The position numbers and the translations under genes are program-made. From Treponemataceae bacterium (lineage in GTDB: Bacteria; Spirochaetota; Spirochaetia; Treponematales; Rectinemataceae): a stretch of 64,000 bases of DNA. Of this stretch, positions 28,494 to 38,773 are shown piece by piece. Under the pieces are notes generated by a model. The model was not told the origin of the DNA, did not search any database, and was given only the letters and a program-made list of their open reading frames with translations. The DNA is taken from the NCBI GenBank assembly GCA_963667725.2, contig CAXXHO010000003.1:1472001-1536000 (forward strand), written 5' to 3'. Numbering within the stretch: the first letter of the stretch is position 1; the number at the start of each line of letters is the position of its first letter.

Positions 28494-29803
28494 TAGTACC
28501 CAGCATCGATATTCTCGGCGGGAAAGCCGTCCAGCTGAGGGGCGGACGCCATCCTTTGCTGGAGGTGGGCGACCCCGAAATCCTGGCGGAAAAACTCTCC
28601 CGGGCGGGAGAAATCGCCGTCGTGGACCTCGACGCCGCTCTCGGCAAGGGATCCAACAAGGCCCTCATCCTCAACCTTGTCTCCAAATATGCCTGCAGGG
28701 TCGGAGGAGGCATCAGGACGAAGGAGCTGGCAGTCGAATACCTGAACGCGGGCGCCCGCGCCGTCATGATAGGGACGAAGGCCACGCCGGAATTCCTTTC
28801 GGGGCTTCCGTCTGAGCGCCTGATCGCCGCCCTGGACACGAACAAGGAAAAAATCATGGTCGAGGGCTGGACCCGCGCGACGGAAGCCGGTCTTTTTGAC
28901 AAGATCGCTGAACTCAAGCCCTATGTGGGCGGATTCCTCGTCACGACCATCGACAGGGAAGGCGAGATGAACGGCTTCGATTTCGAGCGGGCCGCGGCAA
29001 TTGTGGAAGCGGCGAAAGGCGTACGCGTCACCTTCGCGGGAGGCGCTTCGGGAGGCGACGAGGGCGCGGAACAGATCGCCCGCCTCGACGCCATGGGCGC
29101 CGATGTGCAGGCAGGCACCGCCATCGCCACGGGGGCATTGAGCATCGCGAAGGCCTTTTCGGCTCCCCTTTCCTCCGACCGCAGCGACGGACTCTGGCCC
29201 ACCATTGTCTGCGATGAGGGCGGCAGATTCCTCGGCCTCGTCTATTCGGACTTGGAAAGCCTGAACGCTGCCTTCGAAACGGGGCGCGGCGTCTACAAGT
29301 CGCGGTCCAGGGGGCTCTGGATCAAGGGAGAAACCTCAGGCAACGGCCAGCGCTTCCTGCGCGCCGACCTCGACTGCGACCGCGACTGCATCCGCTTCAC
29401 CGTCAAACAGGAAGGGGCGGGGTTCTGCCACCTGGACAGGCGCACTTGCTTCGACGACGGCTATGGCATCGAAAAACTTTCGCGCACGATCACGGCGAGG
29501 CTCAAGGACGCGCCAGAAGGTTCCTATACGAGGCGGCTTTTCAGCGACTCGGGGCTTCTCGCCTCGAAGCTGAGGGAAGAGGCTGACGAGCTGGCGGTGA
29601 CGACAAACGCCAAGGACGCGGCCTTCGAGGCGGCCGATGTGGTCTATTTCGCCCTCGTGAAGGCGCTGCGCGAAGGGGCTAGGCTACAGGACATCGAGGC
29701 CGAGCTGGAAAGGCGCTCCTACAAGGTCCAGAGAAGGCCGGGCAACGCGAAACCTGGCTACGATGCTTCGGATGGAGGTTCGGCATGGACAGGTATCCAT
29801 TGA
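28490..29803 (+). CDS. hisAIE: Fused HisA-HisI-HisE
   Basis: PSIDILGGKAVQL, VDLDAA, VGGGIR (HisA); WIKGETSG, DCDRD, FCH (HisI); SYTRRL, KLREEADE, EAAD (HisE). Confidence 0.92.
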   Translation: MIVPSIDILGGKAVQLRGGRHPLLEVGDPEILAEKLSRAGEIAVVDLDAALGKGSNKALILNLVSKYACRVGGGIRTKELAVEYLNAGARAVMIGTKATPEFLSGLPSERLIAALDTNKEKIMVEGWTRATEAGLFDKIAELKPYVGGFLVTTIDREGEMNGFDFERAAAIVEAAKGVRVTFAGGASGGDEGAEQIARLDAMGADVQAGTAIATGALSIAKAFSAPLSSDRSDGLWPTIVCDEGGRFLGLVYSDLESLNAAFETGRGVYKSRSRGLWIKGETSGNGQRFLRADLDCDRDCIRFTVKQEGAGFCHLDRRTCFDDGYGIEKLSRTITARLKDAPEGSYTRRLFSDSGLLASKLREEADELAVTTNAKDAAFEAADVVYFALVKALREGARLQDIEAELERRSYKVQRRPGNAKPGYDASDGGSAWTGIH

Positions 29804-31041
29804 GAAGAATCGCGCCCGACGAGATTCCGAGTTCACAGGCACGGCTCTTCTCTCCCGAAGTGGACGCCACGGCGGCTAGAGCCATCGCCGATGTGCGCGA
29901 TTCGGGCGAGAAGGCGCTCAGGGCTTGGGCCGAAAAACTGGGCGAACTGTCGCCCGGCGAATCCCTCGTTCTCGGCAGGGCAGAGCTCGAGGCCGCCTTC
30001 GGGCGCGTGGATCCGGCCGTACGAGAACTGCTGGCGCGCGCGAAAAGCCGCATAGCGGCTTTCGCGGCCGCCCAGCGCTCCTCCCTTTCCGATCTCGACA
30101 TCGTGGTCCCGGGCGGCCGCGCCGGGCACGAGTTCCTGCCCGTCGCGCGCGCCGGCTGCTACGTGCCCGGCGGGCGTTACCCCCTGCCCTCCACCGCCCT
30201 CATGACCGTGACGCCCGCCGTCCAGGCCGGCGTCGGCGAAGTCTGGTGCGCCGGCCCCCGCCCCACCGACATCACCCTCGCCGCCGCCTGCATAGCCGGA
30301 GCCGCGGGCTTCCTGCGCTGCGGCGGAGCCCACGCCATCGCGGCCCTCGCCTTCGGCATCGCCGTACCGCGCTGCGATGTTGTCGTAGGCCCCGGCGGAC
30401 GCTACGTGGCGAGCGCCAAGCGCCAGCTCTTCGGCGCCGTCGGCACCGAGGCCCCCGCCGGCCCCTCCGAACTCCTCGTCGTAGCCGATGGCACCGCCGA
30501 TCCCGATACCGTCGCGGCCGATCTCATCGCGCAGGCCGAACACGACACCGAAGCGGTTCCCATGCTCATCTGCGCCTCAGAACGCTTCGCCGCCGACGTC
30601 GAAGAAGCGCTCGCCTCCCGCCTCGAGACCATGCCAGAGCCCAACAGGACGACAGCCAAGGCATCTCTCAAGAAAGGCTGGGCCCTCGTCACCGCCAACG
30701 ATACGGTAGCCTGCGCCTGCGCCGAGCGATGCGCGCCGGAACACCTGGAACTCATCGTCGACGACCCCGAGTCCTATGCGGCGCGGATCCGGTCGGCCGG
30801 CGCCGTATTCCTCGGCCCCGGTTCCGCTGAAGTCTTCGGCGACTACGGCGCCGGCCCCAACCACACCCTCCCCACCGGAGGCGCCGCCCGTTTCGCGTCG
30901 GGACTTTCGGTCCTGCACTTCCTGCGCGCGCGCACCTGGCTCAACATGGACGACCCTGAAAACCTCGCCGCTGACAGCGCGGCCTTCGCCCGCCTGGAAG
31001 GCCTCGAGGGCCACGCCAGGGCTGCCGAAGCCAGAAAATGA
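29785..31041 (+). CDS. hisD: Histidinol dehydrogenase
   Basis: YVPGG, AGPSE, AQAEHD, APEHL, GDYGAGPNHTLPT, EGLEGHA. Confidence 0.96.
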   Translation: MDRYPLRRIAPDEIPSSQARLFSPEVDATAARAIADVRDSGEKALRAWAEKLGELSPGESLVLGRAELEAAFGRVDPAVRELLARAKSRIAAFAAAQRSSLSDLDIVVPGGRAGHEFLPVARAGCYVPGGRYPLPSTALMTVTPAVQAGVGEVWCAGPRPTDITLAAACIAGAAGFLRCGGAHAIAALAFGIAVPRCDVVVGPGGRYVASAKRQLFGAVGTEAPAGPSELLVVADGTADPDTVAADLIAQAEHDTEAVPMLICASERFAADVEEALASRLETMPEPNRTTAKASLKKGWALVTANDTVACACAERCAPEHLELIVDDPESYAARIRSAGAVFLGPGSAEVFGDYGAGPNHTLPTGGAARFASGLSVLHFLRARTWLNMDDPENLAADSAAFARLEGLEGHARAAEARK

Positions 31042-31078
31042 AAAGAGACAGACCGGGATTCCGGTCTGTCTCTTTTTT
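31041..31078. terminator. Bidirectional terminator after hisD
   Basis: AAAAGAGACAGACCGG-gatt-CCGGTCTGTCTCTTTTTT. Confidence 0.9.
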
Positions 31079-31134
31079 CGATTCGGTTTTCCAATAAACG
31101 ATTACGCGCTGCGCCTCAGGGCACAACCCTGAAT

Positions 31135-32637
31135 CTAGAAACCGTAAATCCTCGAATACTTCTCTTCCAGATACCTCGTAAAATACGAAGCGTCCAAAGG
31201 CTTTCCCGTCACCTTCTCGAGAAGCTCGCCGGGAAGATAGCTGTTGCCTGGCTTGTGAATGTTCCGCTGCAGCCATCCGCGAACCGGCGCGCAGTCGCCC
31301 GCGCCCAGCCTCTCGCCGAGATCGGGGAGATCCTCATTCATCTTCGACCAGAACTGGGCGGCGTAGAGATTGCCGAGAGCGTAGCTGGGGAAATAACCGA
31401 AGGCGCCCATGGCCCAATGGACATCCTGCAGACAACCCTGGGCGTTGTCCGGCACCTCGAGACCGAGCAGCTCCTTCATCTTCCGGTTCCATGCCTCGGG
31501 CAGATCGGACACGGAAAGACTCCCGCTGATGAGGGCGGCTTCCAGATCGAAACGCAGGATGACATGGAGCCCGTAAGTCACCTCGTCGGCTTCCGTCCTG
31601 ATCAGGCTCGGCTCCACCTTATTGATAGCCCTGATGAAATTCTCGAAGCCGATGCCGTCCAGGGCTCCCTCGGCCATCCCGACGAGCGAGGCGTAGTGAG
31701 GCTTCCAGAACTGGCTTGAACGGCCGATGAGGTTTTCCCACATCCTGGACTGGGACTCGTGCACGGCCATCGATACGGCGTCCGCGAGCTTCGTGCCCCT
31801 GAAATCGGGATGAGGATCGATCCCCATCTCATAGAGAGCGTGCCCGGCCTCATGGACCGTGCTGAAAATGCTCGACGGGAAGTAATCCTCTATATAGCGC
31901 GTCGTTATCCTGATATCGTCCCTGCCCAGGGTCGTCGTGAAGGGATGGGCCGTGATATCGAGCCTGCCCCTGCTCCTGTCGAAACCGATCGCGTCCATGA
32001 AATGATCGCTCATCTTCGCCTGCGCCGCGGCTGAAACCTTTCCGCGCAGGAAGGAATCGTCCACCTGTGGGCGGGACCTGATCTTGCCCAGGACGCGCAC
32101 GAGATCCTCGCGCATCACCGAAAATACCTTGGCTATCCCATCCTCGGTGCTTCCGATTTCGAAGAGATCCAGAAGGACATCGTAGGGCTGTTCCCCCTTC
32201 GGGTCCAGGACCGAGGCCATCTCGATATTGAGATCGACCATCTTCTGCAGATAGGGCGCGAAACGCGAAAAGTCATTTTCCTTCCGCGCCTGTACCCAGG
32301 AAGCCTGGGAAAGGCTCGTCTGCCTCGCCATCTCCGTCACGAGCTCCGCGGGCAGCTTCGACTCTCTCTCGAATTCGCGTTTCGCCACGCGCAGATAGGC
32401 CAATTCCAGGCCATCGAGGTCCTTGTCCTCTTCCAAGGCGGCCAGGAGATCGCCGATCTCGGGCTGGACGGCCTTTTCGTGAGCCAAACCCTGGATGAGG
32501 GCGAGTTGTTCGGCCCTTTCCTCTACCGCGCGCTCCGGCAGATAGGTCTCCTGATCCCAGCCCAGCAACGCCCCTATATGGGTAAAGAGCGTGCGCTGGC
32601 GATCTATCTCGATCAATCGCATGATTTCATCGCGCAT
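31135..32637 (-). CDS. Carboxypeptidase M32 (Taq-like)
   Basis: HPF, HEAGH, HESQS, IRTEADE, GCLQDVHW, GYFPSY. Confidence 0.96.
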   Translation of the reverse strand: MRDEIMRLIEIDRQRTLFTHIGALLGWDQETYLPERAVEERAEQLALIQGLAHEKAVQPEIGDLLAALEEDKDLDGLELAYLRVAKREFERESKLPAELVTEMARQTSLSQASWVQARKENDFSRFAPYLQKMVDLNIEMASVLDPKGEQPYDVLLDLFEIGSTEDGIAKVFSVMREDLVRVLGKIRSRPQVDDSFLRGKVSAAAQAKMSDHFMDAIGFDRSRGRLDITAHPFTTTLGRDDIRITTRYIEDYFPSSIFSTVHEAGHALYEMGIDPHPDFRGTKLADAVSMAVHESQSRMWENLIGRSSQFWKPHYASLVGMAEGALDGIGFENFIRAINKVEPSLIRTEADEVTYGLHVILRFDLEAALISGSLSVSDLPEAWNRKMKELLGLEVPDNAQGCLQDVHWAMGAFGYFPSYALGNLYAAQFWSKMNEDLPDLGERLGAGDCAPVRGWLQRNIHKPGNSYLPGELLEKVTGKPLDASYFTRYLEEKYSRIYGF

Positions 32638-32722
32638 CGTTTCTCCTCGAAAAAATATATTTCGGATATGCTACCACGGTGCCGAAAAGTGTACAACCGC
32701 GAAGAAACCAGGCTATACTGGA

Positions 32723-34771
32723 ATGGTGTACCTCCATGAATTGAGACAGCCCGTATCGACGCTGCGCGGCGCCGGTCCATCCATCGTCTCCCGCCTCGGC
32801 CGGCTGGGCATAACGACCATAGCCGATCTCCTCACCCACTATCCCAGGGATTATGAGGACCGTTCCAGCTTCCGCTCCTTTTCCCATTTCGCGGACGGAG
32901 GGTCCGTACACACCGCCGCCATCGTCACCGCCCACGAGTGGTTCGGTTTCGGCAGGATGAAGACTTTAAAAATACTCGTCAGCGACGAATCTTCGGAAGC
33001 CGCCCTCATCTGCTTCAACCGGCCTTTCCTCGAAAAGACCCTGCCCGTAGGCGCCAAGGTCGTCGTCCACGGCAAGTTCCAGTTCCGCTATGGTGAAATA
33101 CAGTCCTCAGCCTTCGATGTCGAACGCCTGGAGAAAGGCGCCAATCCCATAACGGGGCTTGTCCCCGTCTATCCCCTCACCGAAGGCCTCGCCCAGGGAG
33201 TCATGAGGAAGCTGATCCACGCAGCCATCGAAATGTACGGATGCCGGGTCGAGAATGAAATCGATCCCGCCGTCATCGCCGAACGAAAACTTCTTCCCAA
33301 GGCCCAAGCCCTTGCCTTCATCCACTTCCCCGCCGCCATCGCCGAGCGGGAAGCCGCGCTCAGAACCTTGGCCTATGAGGAACTTTTCAAGTTTCAGCTG
33401 AGCATCGCTCTGCGCATCAGGGCGCGCCGCTCCCAGAGCCTCCCGCGCAAGCCCGCCGCGGGAATTCTCGCCGAGCGGCTCCTGCAGCGCCTGCCTTTTT
33501 CTCTCACGCCCGACCAGACCAAGGTCCTCGCGGAAATCGCCGCCGACATGGATGAACCCCACCCCATGGCCAGGCTCCTCCAGGGCGACGTCGGTTCCGG
33601 AAAGACCATCGTCGCCCTCCTCGCGGCGCTGCGGGCTGTGGAGAGAGGTGGCCAAGTCGCCATCATGGCTCCCACCGAGCTCCTCGCGCGCCAGCATGCG
33701 GCCACGGCCGCCAAGCTCATTGAACCGCTCGGCATCCACCTCGCCTTCCTCACCGGCAACGTCGACGACGCGGCGCGGCCGCCCCTCCTCGAAGCCCTCA
33801 AGGCAGGCGCCATCGACATTGTCATTGGCACGCACGCCCTCTTCTCCCCCGACGTGGTCTATAAGTCGCTCAAATTCATCGTCATCGACGAGCAGCACCG
33901 CTTCGGCGTCATGCAGAGGATTGCCTTGTATAAAAAAGGAGACATCCCCGATATGCTCATGATGACGGCCACACCTATTCCGAGAAGCCTCGCGCTTACG
34001 CTTTTCGGCGACCTGGCCGTTTCTTCGATAAAAAACCTGCCTCCGGGGCGAAAACCCGTAAAAACGCATCTGGCAAAAGCGGGAAACGAGTCGAAGGTGT
34101 ATGATTTCGTGCGCAATATTATTCGGGAAGGCCGTCAGGCTTTCTTCGTCTACCCGCTTATCGACCAGTCGATCGACCAGCCGGACAAGGCTTCGCTCAA
34201 GAGCGCCGAGGAGATGGCCGGGCGGCTCGCGACGGAAATATACCCTGAATTCTCGGTGAGCCTGCTCCATTCCAAACTGAAGGAAGACAAGAAAAGGCGC
34301 ATAATGGATGATTTCGTGAGCGGAGCGACGAAGATACTCGTCGCCACCACCGTCGTCGAAGTGGGCGTGGACGTGCCCAACGCGGCCGTCATGGTGATCG
34401 AACACGCGGAACGTTTCGGGCTCTCGGCCCTCCACCAGCTGCGCGGCCGCATAGGAAGAAGCGAATATCAAAGCTATTGTTTTCTAATTTATTCCGGGGA
34501 TATCACAGAGGACGCGGTACAACGCCTGAAAGCGCTTTACGATTCATCTGACGGCTTCGCCTTAGCCGAAGAGGATCTCAAGATAAGGGGTCCGGGGGAA
34601 TTGCTGGGCACCGCTCAATCCGGCGCCCTCCGCCTTCTCATAGCCGACCCGCTGCGCGACTTTGAGCTTCTGAAGCTCGCCAGAGCCGACGCCTTCGCCG
34701 TCGTCAAGGATGACCCTGACTTCATCAAGGCCGGACATGGCGTCTACAGGCGGGGACTCGATTCAATTTAA
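32723..34771 (+). CDS. recG: ATP-dependent DNA helicase RecG
   Basis: RLLQGDVGSGKT, DEQHRFG, MTATPIPR, HQLRGRIGR, RGPGE; start is ATG 32723 or GTG 32726. Confidence 0.97.
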   Translation: MVYLHELRQPVSTLRGAGPSIVSRLGRLGITTIADLLTHYPRDYEDRSSFRSFSHFADGGSVHTAAIVTAHEWFGFGRMKTLKILVSDESSEAALICFNRPFLEKTLPVGAKVVVHGKFQFRYGEIQSSAFDVERLEKGANPITGLVPVYPLTEGLAQGVMRKLIHAAIEMYGCRVENEIDPAVIAERKLLPKAQALAFIHFPAAIAEREAALRTLAYEELFKFQLSIALRIRARRSQSLPRKPAAGILAERLLQRLPFSLTPDQTKVLAEIAADMDEPHPMARLLQGDVGSGKTIVALLAALRAVERGGQVAIMAPTELLARQHAATAAKLIEPLGIHLAFLTGNVDDAARPPLLEALKAGAIDIVIGTHALFSPDVVYKSLKFIVIDEQHRFGVMQRIALYKKGDIPDMLMMTATPIPRSLALTLFGDLAVSSIKNLPPGRKPVKTHLAKAGNESKVYDFVRNIIREGRQAFFVYPLIDQSIDQPDKASLKSAEEMAGRLATEIYPEFSVSLLHSKLKEDKKRRIMDDFVSGATKILVATTVVEVGVDVPNAAVMVIEHAERFGLSALHQLRGRIGRSEYQSYCFLIYSGDITEDAVQRLKALYDSSDGFALAEEDLKIRGPGELLGTAQSGALRLLIADPLRDFELLKLARADAFAVVKDDPDFIKAGHGVYRRGLDSI

Positions 34772-35274
34772 GCTTTCCGCGGACCGCCATTCGTCAAGAC
34801 GATTTCGGAACTGCCCATGAATTCGAGAATCTTCTCTTTTCTTGCCCTGGGCCCCAGCAGCTCCCTCACCCTGAGATATTTGCGGCGCAAATACTGGATG
34901 GAAGGAATGCTGGTGTCAAAATGGCTGGCGAGCTCCCAGTCCTTGTGCAGATATTTATCCGAGGAATCCTTCTTGTTGAGTTCAAGGAATTCCTGGAGAC
35001 GTTCCTTTGTCCACTGAACCGTCTGGCCCCTGGAGTAATCGTGCATATCCAGACGCCTTCTGGTTCTCTCATCCGCCCCTTCCATCTTTTTCTTCTTCCA
35101 GAAAGGATTGCGGTTGCGGGCAAAGAGAATATCCGCTTTGGTGAACCCCGTCGCTTCCATCCACAACTTGGCCAGCTTCGCCTTCTCGGCGGGCAGCAGC
35201 TTGGAGCGGAGGGAGCGTTCAACGTACTCTTCCGGAGTCGTGGACTCCAGAATCAGCTTTTCCCACTTCTTCAT
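34768..35274 (-). CDS. Basic hypothetical protein, possible HTH
   Basis: K/R-rich ORF; DWELASHFDTSIPSIQYLRRKY is HTH-like; promoter sits directly before ATG 35274. Confidence 0.75.
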   Translation of the reverse strand: MKKWEKLILESTTPEEYVERSLRSKLLPAEKAKLAKLWMEATGFTKADILFARNRNPFWKKKKMEGADERTRRRLDMHDYSRGQTVQWTKERLQEFLELNKKDSSDKYLHKDWELASHFDTSIPSIQYLRRKYLRVRELLGPRARKEKILEFMGSSEIVLTNGGPRKA

Positions 35275-35312
35275 AGTTATAATATAGTGAACTTGCAAGC
35301 GTATTTCAAATG

Positions 35313-35357
35313 AAATCGAAGGGGGCGGCGCGCATCGCGCGCCGCCCCCTTCGATTT
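35313..35357 (-). terminator. Stem-loop downstream of PEPCK
   Basis: Perfect 21-bp stem AAATCGAAGGGGGCGGCGCGC-atc-GCGCGCCGCCCCCTTCGATTT. Confidence 0.8.
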
Positions 35358-35428
35358 ATGGCTGATTCGGAATCGGCGAAAGGCACGGAGCCGCTCAACG
35401 CTGAAACGCGAGCTTCTCCGGCGGTCGC

Positions 35429-37252
35429 TCAACTTGCCGAGAATTTGTCCGCGAGACCGGCGAGTTCCTTGAAAAGGGCGTCGGGAATCCTGTCGCCGAG
35501 GCCCAGGAGGTAGTGCCTGATCAAGTCCACTTCCTTCCTCCATTCTTCCGGCGAAACGGCGAAGCACTTCGCCAGAGCCTCTTTCGACATGGCGAGCCCC
35601 TCGATATCGAAATCCTCGACCGCGGGCATCAGCCCGATGGGCGTGTCGACCGCCGAAACCTTGTCGTCGCAGCGCTCGAACATCCATTTAATGACGCGGG
35701 CGTTGTCCGAGTATCCAGGCCAGAGGAACTTACCCTGATCGTCCTTCCTGAACCAGTTGACGTGGTAGATCCTGGGCAGCTTGAGCTCAGGTCTGCCAGC
35801 GAAGGACAGCCAGTGCGCGAAATAGTCGCCGATGTTGTATCCGCAGAACGGCAGCATGGCGAAGGGATCTCTCCTCAGGCGCCCAACCTGCCCCGCCGCG
35901 GCCGCCGTCGTTTCGCTGGAGAGCGTGGCGCCTAGGAATACTCCATGGTTCCAGCTCCTCGACTCATAGACGAGAGGAACGGTCGTCGAGCGGCGTCCGC
36001 CGAAAATAATGCCCGAGATGGGCACACCGTCGGGATTTTCCCAGTCCTCGTCGAGGGAGGGACAATTGGATGCGTGGACAGTGAACCTGGAATTCGGATG
36101 GGCCATGGGGCCGGTTGGCAAAGTCTCGCCCTTCGCCGGCGGGTTCTCGATGAGGTTTCCCTTCCAGTCGATGGTGCCTTTGGGAGCGTCGTAGCCGATG
36201 CCTTCCCACCAGACGTCGCCTTCGGGCGTCAGGGCGCAGTTCGTGAATATCGTGTCACGCTCGGCGCAGCGCATGGCATTGGCGTTGCTTTTATAGGAGG
36301 TATTGGGCGCGACGCCGAAGAATCCGGCTTCCGCGTTGATGGCATAAAGCCTGCCGTCGGCGCCGAATTTCATCCAGGCGATATCGTCGCCTACTGTCTT
36401 GACGGTCCAGCCGGGCAAGGAAGACTCGAGCATGGCGAGGTTCGTCTTGCCACAAGCCGAAGGAAAGGCGCCGGCGAAATATTTCTTCTTTCCCTCGGGA
36501 TTGGTGAGGCTTAAGACCATCATGTGTTCGGCGAGCCATCCTTCATCCCTGGCGATAACCGACGCTATACGGAGGGCGAAGCATTTCTTGTTGAGAAGGG
36601 CGTTGCCGCCATAGCCCGAACCGTAGGACCATATGGTGCGCTCTTCGGGGAAATGAGCGATGGTCATCCTGTCGGGATCGCAGGGCCAGCCTTCCTTGCA
36701 TGCCGAGCTGGGTCTTTCGCTCTTCCCGCATGAATGGAGGCAGCGGACGAATTCGCCGGATGTTCCCAACTTCTCCAGGACGGCGTCGCCCGTTCGGGTC
36801 ATGATATACATATTGACGGCGACATAGGCGGAATCCGTTATCTCGATGCCGATCTTAGCCATGGGGCTTTTCACCGGTCCCATCGAATAGGGAACGATAT
36901 ACATGATCCGTCCTCTCATCGCTCCGGCGAACAGAGGGGCGAGTCGACGCTTCATCTCATCGGGCGCTACCCAGTGGTTGGTGGGACCAGCGTCGCCTTC
37001 GGTCTTCGAACAGATGAAGGTTCTTTCCTCGACGCGCGCCGTGTCGGCGGGGTCCGATTCGGCGAGATAGGAATTGGGTCTCGCGGAGTCCGACAATTTC
37101 CTGAATGTTCCCGCTTTTATAAGACGACCGCAGAGCCGGTCATACTGTAGCTCGGAGCCGTCAAACAATTCGACGGCATCGGGCTGGCATAGCTCCGCCA
37201 TCTCCGTAATCCAGGCATTGACGCCCGGATGGACAAATTTGGGAATATTCAC
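35429..37252 (-). CDS. pckG: Phosphoenolpyruvate carboxykinase (GTP)
   Basis: ARVE.RTFICS, GSGYGGN, FPSACGKTNLAM, GDDIAW, HPNSRF, DPFAMLPF; GTG 37252 behind AAGGGGG. Confidence 0.96.
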   Translation of the reverse strand: MNIPKFVHPGVNAWITEMAELCQPDAVELFDGSELQYDRLCGRLIKAGTFRKLSDSARPNSYLAESDPADTARVEERTFICSKTEGDAGPTNHWVAPDEMKRRLAPLFAGAMRGRIMYIVPYSMGPVKSPMAKIGIEITDSAYVAVNMYIMTRTGDAVLEKLGTSGEFVRCLHSCGKSERPSSACKEGWPCDPDRMTIAHFPEERTIWSYGSGYGGNALLNKKCFALRIASVIARDEGWLAEHMMVLSLTNPEGKKKYFAGAFPSACGKTNLAMLESSLPGWTVKTVGDDIAWMKFGADGRLYAINAEAGFFGVAPNTSYKSNANAMRCAERDTIFTNCALTPEGDVWWEGIGYDAPKGTIDWKGNLIENPPAKGETLPTGPMAHPNSRFTVHASNCPSLDEDWENPDGVPISGIIFGGRRSTTVPLVYESRSWNHGVFLGATLSSETTAAAAGQVGRLRRDPFAMLPFCGYNIGDYFAHWLSFAGRPELKLPRIYHVNWFRKDDQGKFLWPGYSDNARVIKWMFERCDDKVSAVDTPIGLMPAVEDFDIEGLAMSKEALAKCFAVSPEEWRKEVDLIRHYLLGLGDRIPDALFKELAGLADKFSAS

Positions 37253-37384
37253 GATAGCCCCCTTAAATTTTGTGTACTTAAGGGATACACCTGCTTTTAA
37301 AAGTTGACAAGGGGGATTTCGGATAGCAGGACGACGTTTCAACGCTTGAAATTATTGTGTCAAATTGAAAAAAAAGTTGCCGTC

Positions 37385-38728
37385 CTATTCGATGCGCCGA
37401 AACATCAGGGCGGAAAAGCCTTTTTTCTTTTTTTCGCCCAGTCGTTGCATGGCTGAGGGCTTTACCTTGTCAAAACGCGTCGTTACCGTCGGCGAGGAAA
37501 CGATGACGACAGCCCCGCCCTTCTTGACTGACCTGCGGATGAATTCCCAGTCCGGCTTTATGAAATCGTATTCAGGCACTTCTTCGGGAAACCAAAGGAT
37601 GGCGTCGAAGGAGGCGTCGCCGACAGTATCGCCGTCGATTGACTGGAGGGGGAAATATTCGGGATGGGGCGAGTTCAGGGCATCGATATTGGCCTTCGTG
37701 GCGAAAAGCGACAGCAGGTCGCGCGACAGGGCGTGGATTCTGGCGGGGCCGAGGGCTTTGCATGCCCAGAGCGCCGGCAGCCCGATGCCCGGCTCCGAAA
37801 TAAGCAGGTCCCGCACGAGGCTGCCGGCGCAGGCTTTTTCGAGAGCCTCCAGCGCCATCTCCGTCGCGAAGCTCGTGGTGTCGAATTCAGGGAGGCCCCA
37901 GAAACCGGAAACAGGCACCGGATAGCGCCCCAGTTTTCTCGCCGCCGAGCTGCGCCGGTACTGCTCCAAGCCTTCCAGCCTTCGGTCGGGGGAAGGATCC
38001 AGCGCCGCGGCGGGAATACTCAAGGCTGTCGGCTCAAGGTTATCCGCGGAAGCGGGTTTTTCCAGAATGAATACCGTATGCCCCTTCCCGGCCGATTTTC
38101 CGATAAGACTCATGCCCGAGGAGGCGCACCAGGCATCGGCCAGTTCGGCCAAGGTGTTGACTATGACGAAAGCCATCCTGCCGCCGGGATTGAGAAGCTT
38201 GCCCGCGCAGACGTTGACGAATCGCGAGAGTATGACCGGCCCGGCCTTGGCCGGCAGGTTGGAAACGACGGCGTCGAAAGGACCCAGCGGATCGTCTTCC
38301 CCCAACAAGCCGGGAGCGATGATGACTTCATTCAGGCGTTCTTCGTTGTTCTTGTGTTTGGGCGGTCTTTTCCCGATGGGCGGAGCCGCGCTGCCGTCGA
38401 TATTGAAGCGCATCACGGGAATGCCGTTTCTCCAGCAATTTCTTTCCGAAAAGGCGCAGGCAAGGATATCCCTGTCCCTCATGACGACTTTGGCCCGAGG
38501 GCAGGAGGCCGCCAGCGAAATCCCTATGATGCCGGTTCCGCAGCCCGCGTCCAGAATCGTCCTGGCTCCCGTTATGACCTCGTCATGGGCTATTTCCTTG
38601 AGGAGAAACCTCGTGCCCGTATCGATGGCGAAGGAAGAAAAGAGCGCGTGGGAGAGGTCGAAGCCGAGCCGGGCTCCGCGGTAGGCATAGTCTACCGTCT
38701 TGTTCACAAGGAGCTGGAGGTCAGTCAT
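37385..38728 (-). CDS. Class I SAM methyltransferase (RsmC/MTS-like, second degenerate domain)
   Basis: LFSS..IDTGTRFLL, ILDAGCGTGIIG, VSNLPAKAG. Confidence 0.8.
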   Translation of the reverse strand: MTDLQLLVNKTVDYAYRGARLGFDLSHALFSSFAIDTGTRFLLKEIAHDEVITGARTILDAGCGTGIIGISLAASCPRAKVVMRDRDILACAFSERNCWRNGIPVMRFNIDGSAAPPIGKRPPKHKNNEERLNEVIIAPGLLGEDDPLGPFDAVVSNLPAKAGPVILSRFVNVCAGKLLNPGGRMAFVIVNTLAELADAWCASSGMSLIGKSAGKGHTVFILEKPASADNLEPTALSIPAAALDPSPDRRLEGLEQYRRSSAARKLGRYPVPVSGFWGLPEFDTTSFATEMALEALEKACAGSLVRDLLISEPGIGLPALWACKALGPARIHALSRDLLSLFATKANIDALNSPHPEYFPLQSIDGDTVGDASFDAILWFPEEVPEYDFIKPDWEFIRRSVKKGGAVVIVSSPTVTTRFDKVKPSAMQRLGEKKKKGFSALMFRRIE

Positions 38729-38773
38729 GCGCGACGGCCTCCGTCGAAAAACCCGGCTTCGAAGGTTGGAAAA

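Noticed and set aside
29785..29803. Programmed frameshift fusing hisAIE to hisD
   Set aside because: No slippery heptamer seen; hisD has its own SD and ATG.
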